From: an uncultured Gemmatimonadales bacterium
GTDB lineage: Bacteria > Gemmatimonadota > Gemmatimonadetes > Gemmatimonadales > GWC2-71-9
Direction: 5' to 3'
NCBI GenBank assembly: GCA_963795085.1
Contig: CAWCFX010000006.1
Coordinates: 288,001-352,000, forward strand
Length of the DNA: 64,000 nt
The number at the start of each line of letters is the position of its first letter. Positions within the stretch are counted from its first letter, which is position 1. Positions 18,396 through 27,645 of the stretch are shown piece after piece. Below the pieces are notes generated by a model that saw only the letters and a list, made by a program, of their open reading frames with translations, had not been told where the DNA came from and made no database searches. A program made the translations under genes and the position numbers.

Positions 18396-19186
18396 GCGAG
18401 CACACCGACACACCGATGCAGGACCTCGCCGCCGCGTACGCGTTGGGGGCGCTGTCTCCGGAGGAAACCCGGGCCTTCGAGGCGTTCCTGGCCACTTCTC
18501 CGGACGCCCGGCGAGAGGTTGCGGAATACCGCGAGGTAAACGCGCTCCTGGCCGGCGCGGCGCCGGGCACCCAGCCCGACCTCGGCCTCAGGACGCGGGT
18601 GCTGGAGAACATTTCCGGCGCCAGGGCCGCTGCGCTCCCCTGGCCGGTGGCGCGTCGCCCGGTGCCCCCGGTTCTCCGGCTGGCCCTCGCCGCCAGCCTG
18701 CTGCTGGCGGCGTTGCTGGGGGGCGGTCTCTACCAGGCCCGGCAGTCACTCGCGGAGCGGGGCTCCGAGATGGACTCGGTGCGGAGCGCGCTGGCGGCGG
18801 TCCAAACCCGGCTGACCCAGCGGGAACAGACCCTGAACTGGATTCTCGAGCCAGGCATCGAGCTGAATACGCTGACCACCACCGGCACCGCCGAACCCAA
18901 GATCCAGTTCTTCGTGAACCGGGTCCGCAGGGTCGCGCTGGTCCATGCGTTCAACCTGGGCCCGGCGGACGCCGGGAAGGTCTACCAGCTCTGGTTCATC
19001 CAGGATGGGAAACCGGTCCCCTCCGTGACCTTCAATTCGGAGCCGGACGGCCACGCCCTCGTCCAGGACATCTCAGTGCCGGCGGGCGGCGGAATTTCCC
19101 ATGCCGCCGTCACCGTGGAGCCGGTCGGCGGTTCACCGGCGCCCACCTCGGCCATCGTCCTCATGGGGGCCCTCAAGTCTTCCTGA
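18392..19186 (+). CDS. Anti-sigma factor, RskA family
   Basis: LAAAYALGAL N-terminus, one TM, VYQLW and AVTVEPVGGSPAPT. Confidence 0.9.
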   Translation: MSEHTDTPMQDLAAAYALGALSPEETRAFEAFLATSPDARREVAEYREVNALLAGAAPGTQPDLGLRTRVLENISGARAAALPWPVARRPVPPVLRLALAASLLLAALLGGGLYQARQSLAERGSEMDSVRSALAAVQTRLTQREQTLNWILEPGIELNTLTTTGTAEPKIQFFVNRVRRVALVHAFNLGPADAGKVYQLWFIQDGKPVPSVTFNSEPDGHALVQDISVPAGGGISHAAVTVEPVGGSPAPTSAIVLMGALKSS

Positions 19187-19242
19187 GCGCCAGGCGGCGG
19201 GTGGCCCGGCCATTCCCCAGGCGATCGCGTTATCTTCCGAAA

Positions 19243-20037
19243 ATGATGAAGCCCGTTCTTGCCCTTGTATTCCTGCTGGCGCCAGGTCTCACCGCCCAGG
19301 TGCCCGCGGACCTGGCCCGCGAGCGGTCGCAATTCGCCGATTGGCTAATGACCGCGCCGAACTCGCCCCTGGTGGCACGGGCATTGGCGCCGATAGGGCC
19401 GGGCATCCGGGTGGGGCCGGAGGACGCGGAAGTGCCTTTCCCGGGGATGGATGCCAGGATCCGGGAATCGGGAGCCAGCGTGAATCTCGAGGGCTCGCCC
19501 GGTTCCCGCACGCTGCCGCGGCACCGGGTGACGACCATCGGCGTGGTCTCTTTTCATGTGTCCGGTACCCCCGGCCGATCCATCGTCACGGTGTACGGCG
19601 GCGACCGGGACAGCCAGCTTCCGACCTACTATCCGTACGATGGGACCAAGGTGTTCATCGGCCCCCTCCATCCCGCGGAGCCACGCCGGTTTCCGACCCT
19701 GGGCCTCGACGGGCTCGAGGTTGAGGCCACGGAGGTCGGAACCGTGGTCATTCCCGACAGCGGGGGCCCCGCCCGGCTCCGGGTCTATCGCATTCCTGAT
19801 CCGGGCGGCGAGGAATCCGAGCTGATGATCTATTTCCGCGATGGGACCAGCGGGAAAGGATCCTATCCGGCCGGCCGCTTCGTCAGCCTTCGTCCGCTTC
19901 CCAACGGCCAGTACCGACTGGACCTGAACCGGGCCCAGAATCCGTTCTGTGCGTACCGGACCGTGTATCCCTGTCCGGCGCCCTGGCCGGGCAACACCCT
20001 CACCATGGCGGTACGCGCGGGGGAGCGATACCAGTGA
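19243..20037 (+). CDS. DUF1684-domain protein
   Basis: NSPL, FRDGTSGKGSYPAGRF, LDLNRAQNPFCAY..CP. Confidence 0.85.
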   Translation: MMKPVLALVFLLAPGLTAQVPADLARERSQFADWLMTAPNSPLVARALAPIGPGIRVGPEDAEVPFPGMDARIRESGASVNLEGSPGSRTLPRHRVTTIGVVSFHVSGTPGRSIVTVYGGDRDSQLPTYYPYDGTKVFIGPLHPAEPRRFPTLGLDGLEVEATEVGTVVIPDSGGPARLRVYRIPDPGGEESELMIYFRDGTSGKGSYPAGRFVSLRPLPNGQYRLDLNRAQNPFCAYRTVYPCPAPWPGNTLTMAVRAGERYQ

Positions 20038-21218
20038 GGGCCCTGCTGATCCTGGCCCTCTCCCTGGCGCCGGTCTCGCGGCTGCCCGCGCAGCAGGAGC
20101 AAACCTACCGCGGGGTGCTCGACCTGGCGGGGGGACCGCTCCGGTTCGGGCTTCGGGTTTCGACCGCCGGACCATCGGCGCTCTGCAACGGTTCTCGCTG
20201 TGAGCCGCTTCCGCCGGCCCGCATGGAGCACGATTCCCTGCACCTGGAGATTCCCGATTATGCCGCCACGATCACGGCCCGGGTAGCCGGGGATTCCCTG
20301 CTCGGCTCCTACCGGAACGTGGGGAACCGGGGTCCGCGAGTTATCCCGTTCCGGGCGGCGCGCGGGAACTGGCCCGTCGAGCCGGCTCCCCCGGCGTTGC
20401 TGGGCCGGTGGGATGCGGAGTGGCAACTCGACGGGCGCACCAGCCCGCGGGTCCTCGAGTTTCGCAACGTCCCCACCGGCCTCGAGGGGACCATCATTTC
20501 CAACACCGGGGACTACGGACTGTTCTGGGGCCGGGCGGAAGCCGACAGCTTCTCCATGGCCCATTTCGACGGTTCGTACGTCTATATGCTGACCGGGCGG
20601 CTCGACGGAGACACGCTTCGCGGGATCTTCCATGCCGGCCAGCGCACCCAGACGCCCTGGGCTGCGGTCCGGAGTAGCGGACGTCCCCACCTCAAGCGGC
20701 CCGACGAGATCACCCGGGCCGACACCTCGAGCGGCTTCCGGTTCCGTTTCCCCGACCTCGCGGGCACCGTGGTGACCGAGCAGGATGCGAGATTCCGCGG
20801 CAAGGTGCTGCTGGTGGACATCTTCGGCACCTGGTGTCCGACCTGCCACGACGCGGCGCCGGTCCTGACCGGCCTCTGGCAGAAGTATCACGGCCGGGGC
20901 CTGGAGATCGTCGGCCTGGCCTATGAGGTCACGGGCGACCCGGTGGCGGACGGCAAGCAGCTTCGGATCTATCAGGAGAAGTTCGGGATCCCGTTTCCGC
21001 TCCTGCTGGCGGGGATCAACGACACCGAAGCGGCCGCCGCGACGCAACCGCAGCTGGAAGGATTTACTTCGTTCCCCACCTCGATTTTCATCGGGCGGGA
21101 CGGCAGGGTCCGGAAGGTGCACGCCGGCTTTTACGGCCCCGCCATGGGCGCCGCCCATGCCAACCTGGTGCGGGAGTTTGAGACCACCATCGAGCAACTG
21201 CTGGCCGAGCCGCATTGA
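20034..21218 (+). CDS. TlpA-family thiol:disulfide reductase with N-terminal beta domain
   Basis: Signal peptide; WCPTC motif, FPTSIFIGRDG. Confidence 0.85.
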   Translation: MRALLILALSLAPVSRLPAQQEQTYRGVLDLAGGPLRFGLRVSTAGPSALCNGSRCEPLPPARMEHDSLHLEIPDYAATITARVAGDSLLGSYRNVGNRGPRVIPFRAARGNWPVEPAPPALLGRWDAEWQLDGRTSPRVLEFRNVPTGLEGTIISNTGDYGLFWGRAEADSFSMAHFDGSYVYMLTGRLDGDTLRGIFHAGQRTQTPWAAVRSSGRPHLKRPDEITRADTSSGFRFRFPDLAGTVVTEQDARFRGKVLLVDIFGTWCPTCHDAAPVLTGLWQKYHGRGLEIVGLAYEVTGDPVADGKQLRIYQEKFGIPFPLLLAGINDTEAAAATQPQLEGFTSFPTSIFIGRDGRVRKVHAGFYGPAMGAAHANLVREFETTIEQLLAEPH

Positions 21219-21324
21219 CGGGCCGGTGCACCTCGCCGCCTGCCGTTCCATATCCCCTTCCCCGCAACTACTTTACCCCTCTGGAATCCGACCCTTCAAT
21301 CGCCTTCACCGGCGAGAAAGTCCG

Positions 21325-22245
21325 ATGGCCGCACCCCTGGTTCAGTTGACCCGCTCTTCTTCCCCGACGAGCCCCGCCCCTGCCCCGCTGGTCCGCAAGC
21401 CCAGCTGGCTCAAGGTCAAGGCGCCTGGTGGCCCTAACTACGTGCGGCTCAAGGCGTTAATGCGGGAACTCAACCTTCACACGGTATGCGAGGAAGCCCG
21501 CTGTCCCAACATCGGTGAATGCTGGGACCACAAGGCGGCGACCTTCATGATCCTGGGGGACGTGTGCACTCGGAACTGCGCCTACTGCGCGGTCGCCCAT
21601 GGCACGCCAGCGCCTTTTGATCCGGTTGAACCGGTCCGGCTGGCGGAAGCCGTCGCGCAGATGGGGCTGCAGCACGTGGTGATCACTTCGGTGGACCGCG
21701 ACGACCTGCCGAATGGCGGTGCCGAAGCGTTCGCCCGTTGCATCACCGAGATCAAGCAGCGCCTCCCGGAAACCAGCGTCGAGGTCCTGATTCCCGATTT
21801 CAAGGGGTCCGACCGGGCCCTCCAGATCGTGATGGATGCCCGCCCCGACATCCTCAATCACAACCTGGAGACGGCCGAGCGGCTCTACCGGCTGGCGCGG
21901 CCGGGGGGCCGGTATGAGCGGGCCATCCGGCTGCTGGCCCGGGCCCGGGCGATGGTCCCGGATGGCCTTACCAAGAGCGGCGTGATCCTGGGAATGGGCG
22001 AAGAGTGGGACGAGGTGCTCACCTGCATGCGGGACCTGCGGGCCAGCGACGTCGATATCCTGACGCTGGGCCAGTACCTGCGGCCCTCGGACGGCCACCT
22101 TCCCGTCGTGCGGTATTACACGCCGGAGGAGTTCGCCGAGCTGGAGCGCATCGGCCTCCGCCTGGGTTTCCGCCATGTTCAGGCCAGCCCGCTGACCCGC
22201 TCCTCGTATCATGCATGGGAGCAGGTCAAAGCGATTTCAGATTGA
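21325..22245 (+). CDS. lipA: Lipoyl synthase
   Basis: CEEARCPNIGEC and CTRNCAYC clusters, RSSYHA. Confidence 0.97.
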   Translation: MAAPLVQLTRSSSPTSPAPAPLVRKPSWLKVKAPGGPNYVRLKALMRELNLHTVCEEARCPNIGECWDHKAATFMILGDVCTRNCAYCAVAHGTPAPFDPVEPVRLAEAVAQMGLQHVVITSVDRDDLPNGGAEAFARCITEIKQRLPETSVEVLIPDFKGSDRALQIVMDARPDILNHNLETAERLYRLARPGGRYERAIRLLARARAMVPDGLTKSGVILGMGEEWDEVLTCMRDLRASDVDILTLGQYLRPSDGHLPVVRYYTPEEFAELERIGLRLGFRHVQASPLTRSSYHAWEQVKAISD

Positions 22246-22296
22246 AGATTTGAGATTTCAGATTGAAGTCCAATCTGAAATTCGCCAACCTGGAAT
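22233..22296. repeat. Heptamer tandem array (GATTTCA/GATTGAA x5) with inverted partner
   Basis: Five units at 22233-22267; CAATCTGAAAT (22271-22281) pairs with 22255-22265. Confidence 0.85.
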
Positions 22297-22311
22297 TTCC
22301 ACTGGGGGATT

Positions 22312-23328
22312 ATGGCAGGTACCAAGACGCAGCCGAAGAAGGCCGACAGCGCAACCGCCGAGGAACACCGGAGCTACCTGCGGAAGATGCTCCTGATCCG
22401 GCGTTTCGAGGAAAAGGCCGGCGAGGCGTACAGCCTGGGAAAGATCGGCGGTTTCTGCCACTTGTATATCGGGCAGGAAGCGGTGGCGGTGGGCAGCATG
22501 GCCTCGCTTCGCACCGACGATTACATCACCTGCTCCTATCGCGAGCATGGCCAGGCGCTGGCCCGGGGGATCAGCGCGCGGGCGGTGATGTCGGAACTGT
22601 TCGGCAAGGCGCCGGGGACGTCGGGCGGCAAGGGGGGCTCGATGCACATCTTCGACGCCAGCCTCGGATTCCTGGGCGGGCACGGCATTGTGGGCGGGCA
22701 CATCCCGCTGACGACCGGGATGGCCTTCGCAGCGAAATACAACGAGACCGACCAGGTCGGAGTCTGTTATTTCGGCGAAGCGGCCGTCAACCAGGGGGCC
22801 TTTCACGAGGCCCTGAACATGGCGGCGCTCTGGAAACTGCCGGCGATCTACATCTGCGAGAACAACCGCTACGGCATGGGGACCGCTCTCGAGCGGGCCA
22901 GCGCGATCTACGACATCTCGGAGCGGGCCTGCAGCTACGACATGGCCAACGAAGTCGTGGACGGGCAGGACGTGCTGGCCGTGAAGAGCGCGATGGACCG
23001 GGCGGTGGCCCGGGCGCGGACCGACACGCTGCCGACGCTGCTCGAGATCCGGACTTACCGCTTCGTGGGCCATTCCATGTCGGACCCCATCCACGGCCAC
23101 TACCGCACCAAGGAAGAGGTCGAGGAACATCGCAAGCGGGATCCCATCGCACTCTGGTCGAAGCACCTGATCGACACCGGGACCATGGACGAGGCCGCCA
23201 TCAAGGCGATGGACGCCGAGGTCCTGGCCGAGGTCGAGGATGCCTACCAGTTCGCGGAGACGGCCCCCGACCCGGAGCCGGACGCCCTGTGGACCGATGT
23301 CTACGCGCCTCACACCGACGACGAATAA
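22312..23328 (+). CDS. pdhA: Pyruvate dehydrogenase E1 alpha
   Basis: GFCHLYIGQEA, GKGGSMH, GEAAVNQG..CENN TPP motif, YRFVGHSMSD. Confidence 0.95.
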   Translation: MAGTKTQPKKADSATAEEHRSYLRKMLLIRRFEEKAGEAYSLGKIGGFCHLYIGQEAVAVGSMASLRTDDYITCSYREHGQALARGISARAVMSELFGKAPGTSGGKGGSMHIFDASLGFLGGHGIVGGHIPLTTGMAFAAKYNETDQVGVCYFGEAAVNQGAFHEALNMAALWKLPAIYICENNRYGMGTALERASAIYDISERACSYDMANEVVDGQDVLAVKSAMDRAVARARTDTLPTLLEIRTYRFVGHSMSDPIHGHYRTKEEVEEHRKRDPIALWSKHLIDTGTMDEAAIKAMDAEVLAEVEDAYQFAETAPDPEPDALWTDVYAPHTDDE

Positions 23329-23329
23329 C

Positions 23330-24310
23330 ATGGCTGTCATAACATACCGCGACGCCCTGAACCAGGCGCTCCGCGAAGAGATGCAGCGGGACCCCAGGGT
23401 CTTCCTCATGGGTGAGGAAGTCGGGGTTTACCAGGGTGCCTACAAGGTCAGCCGTGGGCTCCTGGAGGAGTTCGGACCGATGCGGGTGGTGGACACGCCG
23501 ATCACCGAACTGGGGTTCACCGGGGTCGGGGTGGGCGCCGCGATGGTAGGGCTGCGTCCGGTCATCGAAATGATGACGTTCAATTTCGCCCTGCTGGCCA
23601 TGGACCAGATCATCAACTCGGCGGCCAAGATGCGTTACATGTCGGGCGGCCAGGTGGGCGTGCCCATGGTGGTGCGCGGTCCCGGCGGTTCCGCGCTGCA
23701 GCTAGGCTCCCAACACTCGCAGGCCTTCGAGTCGCACTATGCCCATATCCCCGGGCTCAAGGTGGTCATGCCGGCGACCCCGGCCGATGCCAAGGGGCTG
23801 CTCAAGAGCGCGATCCGGGACGAGAACCCGGTCATCTTCATCGAAGGCGAGATGCTCTACAACACCAAGGGCGAGGTGCCGGACGAGGAATACACCATTC
23901 CCCTGGGCTCGGCCGAAGTGAAACGGGAGGGGACTGACGTCACCATCGTGTGCCACTCCAAGACGGTTGCCATCGCCCTCAAGGCGGCCGAGCAGCTGGC
24001 GGAGGAGAATATCTCGGCCGAGGTCGTGGACCTGCGGACCATCCGGCCGATGGACGAGGCGACGGTACTCGCGTCGGTCGCCAAGACCCACCGCTGCGTG
24101 GTGGCCGAAGAGGGATGGCCTTTCGCCGGCGTGGGCGCCCAGGTGGTGGACACCATCCAGCGGGAGGCATTCGACGAGCTGGACGCTCCTGTCATCCGGG
24201 TGACCGGCGCCGATGTCCCCATGCCGTACAACAAGGTGCTGGAACGCGCGGCGAAGGTGGATTCGGCCAAAGTGGCCGCGGCGGTGAAGCAGGTGCTCTA
24301 CCTCGACTAG
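23330..24310 (+). CDS. pdhB: Pyruvate dehydrogenase E1 beta
   Basis: DTPITELGF, EMMTFNF, QHSQ, DLRTIRP. Confidence 0.95.
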   Translation: MAVITYRDALNQALREEMQRDPRVFLMGEEVGVYQGAYKVSRGLLEEFGPMRVVDTPITELGFTGVGVGAAMVGLRPVIEMMTFNFALLAMDQIINSAAKMRYMSGGQVGVPMVVRGPGGSALQLGSQHSQAFESHYAHIPGLKVVMPATPADAKGLLKSAIRDENPVIFIEGEMLYNTKGEVPDEEYTIPLGSAEVKREGTDVTIVCHSKTVAIALKAAEQLAEENISAEVVDLRTIRPMDEATVLASVAKTHRCVVAEEGWPFAGVGAQVVDTIQREAFDELDAPVIRVTGADVPMPYNKVLERAAKVDSAKVAAAVKQVLYLD

Positions 24311-24352
24311 GCGGCAGGCGGACTGGCCGCACAACCGGAAATGTGCTGATCA

Positions 24353-25654
24353 ATGGCAACTAAAGTCGTAATGGAGGCGCTCTCGCCCACGATGGAAGAA
24401 GGGCGCCTGGTCGAGTGGAAGAAGAAGGAAGGCGACAAGGTCGCCCAGGGCGATGTCCTCGCCGAGGTGGAGACGGACAAGGCGGTCATGGAACTGGTAG
24501 CCCGGGCGGACGGCGTGATGCTCAAGCACATGGTGGCCGAAGGCACCACGGTTCCGGTCTCCAACCTCGTTGCGGTAATCGGCCAGCAGGGTGAGGATAT
24601 TTCCGGCCTCGCCGGGGGCGACGGGGGCAGCGCGCCCGCCCAGCCCACGCCGCCCGCCGAAAAGCCCAAGGCCGGCCCTCCCGCAGGTCCCAAGGGGGAG
24701 CAGGCCACCCAGAAACCGGAGCACATCCAGGCCGGCGCGGCCGTCCCGATGCCCGCGGAAGCCGGAGGCGAGGATTCGGCGCCGGCGCCCCAGCCCCGCG
24801 CCGCCGATGGAGGCCGGGTCAAGGCTTCGCCGCTGGCCCGGAAGATCGCGGAGGAGCGAGGGCTTGACCTGCGGGAGGTCACCGGCTCGGGGCCGGAGGG
24901 CCGCGTGATCCGCCGCGACCTGGACCAGGCGGTGGCCCGACCCTCCGCCGGGCCGGCCAGGGCAGCGGGACAGCCGTATCAGGACGTCCCGGTGACTCAG
25001 ATCCGCAAGACCATCGCCCGGCGGCTTGCCCAGTCCATCGGGCCGGTGCCCACGTTCTACCTCACGGCTGAGGTGGACATGGAACGGGCGTGGGACGCCC
25101 GCACGGCGCTCAAGGCGCTGGGGCCGGAAGGCGACGTCTCCTTCAACGACATCATCATCAAGGCGACCGCGACGGCCCTCAAGCAGCATCCCAACTGCAA
25201 CGCCTGGTGGCAGGACGACCACATTCGGGTGTGGCACGAGGTCCATGTCGCGATGGCGGTCGCCATCGAGGACGGCCTGATCACGCCGGTCATCCGGGAT
25301 GCCGACCTCAAGTCGCTGCGACAGATCGCCGCCGAGTCGAAAGACCTGGCCGGACGGGCCCGGGACCGGAAGCTGAAGCCCGAGGAATACACCGGCTCCA
25401 CCTTCTCGGTTTCCAACCTCGGCATGTTCGGGATCGACGAGTTCACGGCGATCATCAACCCGCCGGAGGCCGGCATCCTGGCGATCGGCGCGATTACCCC
25501 GAAGGTGGTCGTGGTGGACAACCAGCCGGTGGTACGGCGGCGGCTCAGGATCACCATGTCCTGCGATCACCGGGTGATTGACGGGGCGAGCGGCGCCCAG
25601 TTCCTCAAGACGCTGCGGACGCTGCTGGAGAACCCGCTGGCGATGGTGTGGTAG
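24353..25654 (+). CDS. pdhC: Dihydrolipoamide acetyltransferase E2
   Basis: Lipoyl ETDKA, E3-binding ASPLARK..GSGPEGR, catalytic DHRVIDG. Confidence 0.95.
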   Translation: MATKVVMEALSPTMEEGRLVEWKKKEGDKVAQGDVLAEVETDKAVMELVARADGVMLKHMVAEGTTVPVSNLVAVIGQQGEDISGLAGGDGGSAPAQPTPPAEKPKAGPPAGPKGEQATQKPEHIQAGAAVPMPAEAGGEDSAPAPQPRAADGGRVKASPLARKIAEERGLDLREVTGSGPEGRVIRRDLDQAVARPSAGPARAAGQPYQDVPVTQIRKTIARRLAQSIGPVPTFYLTAEVDMERAWDARTALKALGPEGDVSFNDIIIKATATALKQHPNCNAWWQDDHIRVWHEVHVAMAVAIEDGLITPVIRDADLKSLRQIAAESKDLAGRARDRKLKPEEYTGSTFSVSNLGMFGIDEFTAIINPPEAGILAIGAITPKVVVVDNQPVVRRRLRITMSCDHRVIDGASGAQFLKTLRTLLENPLAMVW

Positions 25655-25723
25655 GGACCTTCGGGACAGGGTTTCCCTGCCGCTGTGCCCCTCGGCGGAC
25701 CACGAGTGAGGTCGGGCTGTCAG

Positions 25724-26058
25724 GCGCGGCCTGAGGCCTCCGCCCCCTATTGGGGGAATATCGGTCCTCGGGATGATCGAGTGGTAACCCGGATTACGCG
25801 GGCGCCAGCAAAGCAGCGCAAGGGCCACAGGGCCGAGTCAGCGGGCGAGTGGGAGCGCGCGGCCTGAGGCCTCCGCCCCTATTGGGGGAATATCGGTCCT
25901 CGGGATGATCGAGTGGTAACCCGGATTACGCGGCCGCCAGCAATGCAGCGCAAGGGCCACGGGGCCGGGTCAGGGGGGCGAGTGGGAACCCGTGGCTTGA
26001 GGCCTTCGCCTCAATTGGGGGAATATCGGCCCCCGCCATGCTCGAGTGGCAACCCGGA
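25724..26058. repeat. 133-bp tandem repeat, about 2.5 copies
   Basis: Copies start at 25724, 25857 and 25990; copies 1 and 2 nearly identical, copy 3 diverged. Confidence 0.92.
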
Positions 26059-26116
26059 CCGTGCGGCAGGGAGCCAACCCCCGCGGCGCGGCACCGTCCG
26101 GTTTGCTTGCGGGGCT
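26028..26116 (+). ncRNA. Candidate structured 5' leader RNA of lpdA
   Basis: Nested stems CCCCGC/GCGGGG, GCAACCCGGAC/GTCCGGTTTGC, GTGC/GCAC; no family recognised. Confidence 0.35.
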
Positions 26117-26177
26117 CCGCGGGATCCGGGCGGATCGACGAGGTTCCAGTGATTGCGACACTTCAAGCGAGGTTACC

Positions 26178-27569
26178 GTGGCAAGCTTCGATGTGATTGT
26201 GGTGGGTGGCGGGCCGGCTGGGTACGTCTGCGCGATTCGGGCCGCCCAGCTGGGCCTGGCCACGGCGGTGGTCGAGAAGGACAGGCTCGGCGGGGTGTGC
26301 GTGAACATCGGCTGTATCCCCACCAAGGCGCTGCTGCAGAGCGCCCTCATCGCGAACATGGTTCGCCACCAGGCGGCGGAATTCGGGATCACCACCGGAG
26401 AGGTGAAGACCGACTACGGTGTCGCCATGAAGCGCTCCCGCAAGGTGGCGGAGCAGAACTCGAAGGGCGTCGAGTTCCTCATGAAGAAGCACAAGGTGAC
26501 GGTGCTCAAGGGCACCGGCGTGCTCCAGCAGGGCCGAAAGGTGAAGGTCGGAAACGACGTCCACGAGGCCAGAAAAGCCGTGGTCATCGCGACCGGGTCC
26601 CGGGTCAAGGGTATCCCGCAGATCGGCCTGGAGCTGAACGGAACAACCGTGATCAGCTCGGACGAGGCGTTGTTCATGGAAAAAGCGCCGGCCACCCTGG
26701 CGATTGTGGGTGCCGGCGCGGTAGGCTGCGAATTCGCCGACGTCTTCAATGCGTTCGGGACCAAGGTCACGCTCATCGAAGCCCTGCCCCGGATCCTGCC
26801 GCTGGAGGACGCCGAATCGAGCGACGTGGTCGCCAAGAGCTATAAGAAGCGGGGAATCGAGGTGCGGGCCGGAGCGAAAGTGAAGAAGGCCACCGTGGCC
26901 AACCAGGTCACCCTGGAGGTTGAATCGGGCGGAAAGACCGAGACGATCACCGTGGACCACGTACTGATGGCCGCGGGCCGGGCCGTCAATACCGAGGGCA
27001 TGGGGTTCAAGGAGGCCGGCGTGCAGCTGACCGACCGGGGATTCGTCCAGGTCAACCTCGCCACCCTGGAGACCACCGCCAAGGGCGTCTACTGCATCGG
27101 CGACGTGGCCGGTCCCCCGATGCTGGCCCACAAGGGCAGCCGGGAGGGTGTGAACGTGGCCGAAATCATCGCCGGGCACACGCCGCATCCCATCAAGTAC
27201 GATAATGTGCCGAGTGTGACGTACTGTCACCCCGAGGTGGCCAGCATCGGGATGACCGAGGACCAGGCGAAGGAGAACAAGCTGGACTACCAGGTCGGCC
27301 GTTTTCCGTTCTCCGCCAACGGCCGGGCCCGTACGGCGGGCGAGACCGAGGGCTTCGTCAAGATCATCCGCGACAAGAAGTACGGCGAGATCCTCGGGGC
27401 CCACATCGTCGGCAGCCATGCCTCGGAGATCATCCACGAGCTGACGGTGGCCCGCGAGAACGAATACACGGTCGAGGAGGTGGATCTCGCCATCCACGCC
27501 CACCCGACCCTGTCGGAAGCCGTGGCGGAAGCCTGCCTCGATTCGATGGGGAGGGTGATACACATCTGA
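26178..27569 (+). CDS. lpdA: Dihydrolipoyl dehydrogenase E3
   Basis: GGGPAG, CVNIGC redox disulfide, GAGAVG, HPTLSE; GTG start with GAGGT SD. Confidence 0.97.
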   Translation: MASFDVIVVGGGPAGYVCAIRAAQLGLATAVVEKDRLGGVCVNIGCIPTKALLQSALIANMVRHQAAEFGITTGEVKTDYGVAMKRSRKVAEQNSKGVEFLMKKHKVTVLKGTGVLQQGRKVKVGNDVHEARKAVVIATGSRVKGIPQIGLELNGTTVISSDEALFMEKAPATLAIVGAGAVGCEFADVFNAFGTKVTLIEALPRILPLEDAESSDVVAKSYKKRGIEVRAGAKVKKATVANQVTLEVESGGKTETITVDHVLMAAGRAVNTEGMGFKEAGVQLTDRGFVQVNLATLETTAKGVYCIGDVAGPPMLAHKGSREGVNVAEIIAGHTPHPIKYDNVPSVTYCHPEVASIGMTEDQAKENKLDYQVGRFPFSANGRARTAGETEGFVKIIRDKKYGEILGAHIVGSHASEIIHELTVARENEYTVEEVDLAIHAHPTLSEAVAEACLDSMGRVIHI

Positions 27570-27639
27570 ATTGAGGGAATTGAGGGAATTGAAGGAATTG
27601 AGGGAATTGAAGGAATTGAGGGAATTGAAAGGATTGGAG
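27568..27639. repeat. Nonamer tandem array (GAATTGARR x7 plus one degenerate unit)
   Basis: Begins inside the lpdA stop codon. Confidence 0.92.
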
Positions 27640-27645
27640 CGCACC

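Noticed and set aside
25724..26058. CRISPR array
   Set aside because: The whole 133-bp unit is conserved, there are no unique spacers, and no cas genes are present
26045..26110. SRP RNA or SAM riboswitch
   Set aside because: Lacks the SRP domain IV CAGG..GGAA..AGCAG motif; GGCAACC is present but the matching GGUGC strand and SAM P1 elements are not
27571..27645. N-terminal RELREL extension of the membrane protein
   Set aside because: Derived from the 9-mer repeat; the ATG at 27646 has its own SD
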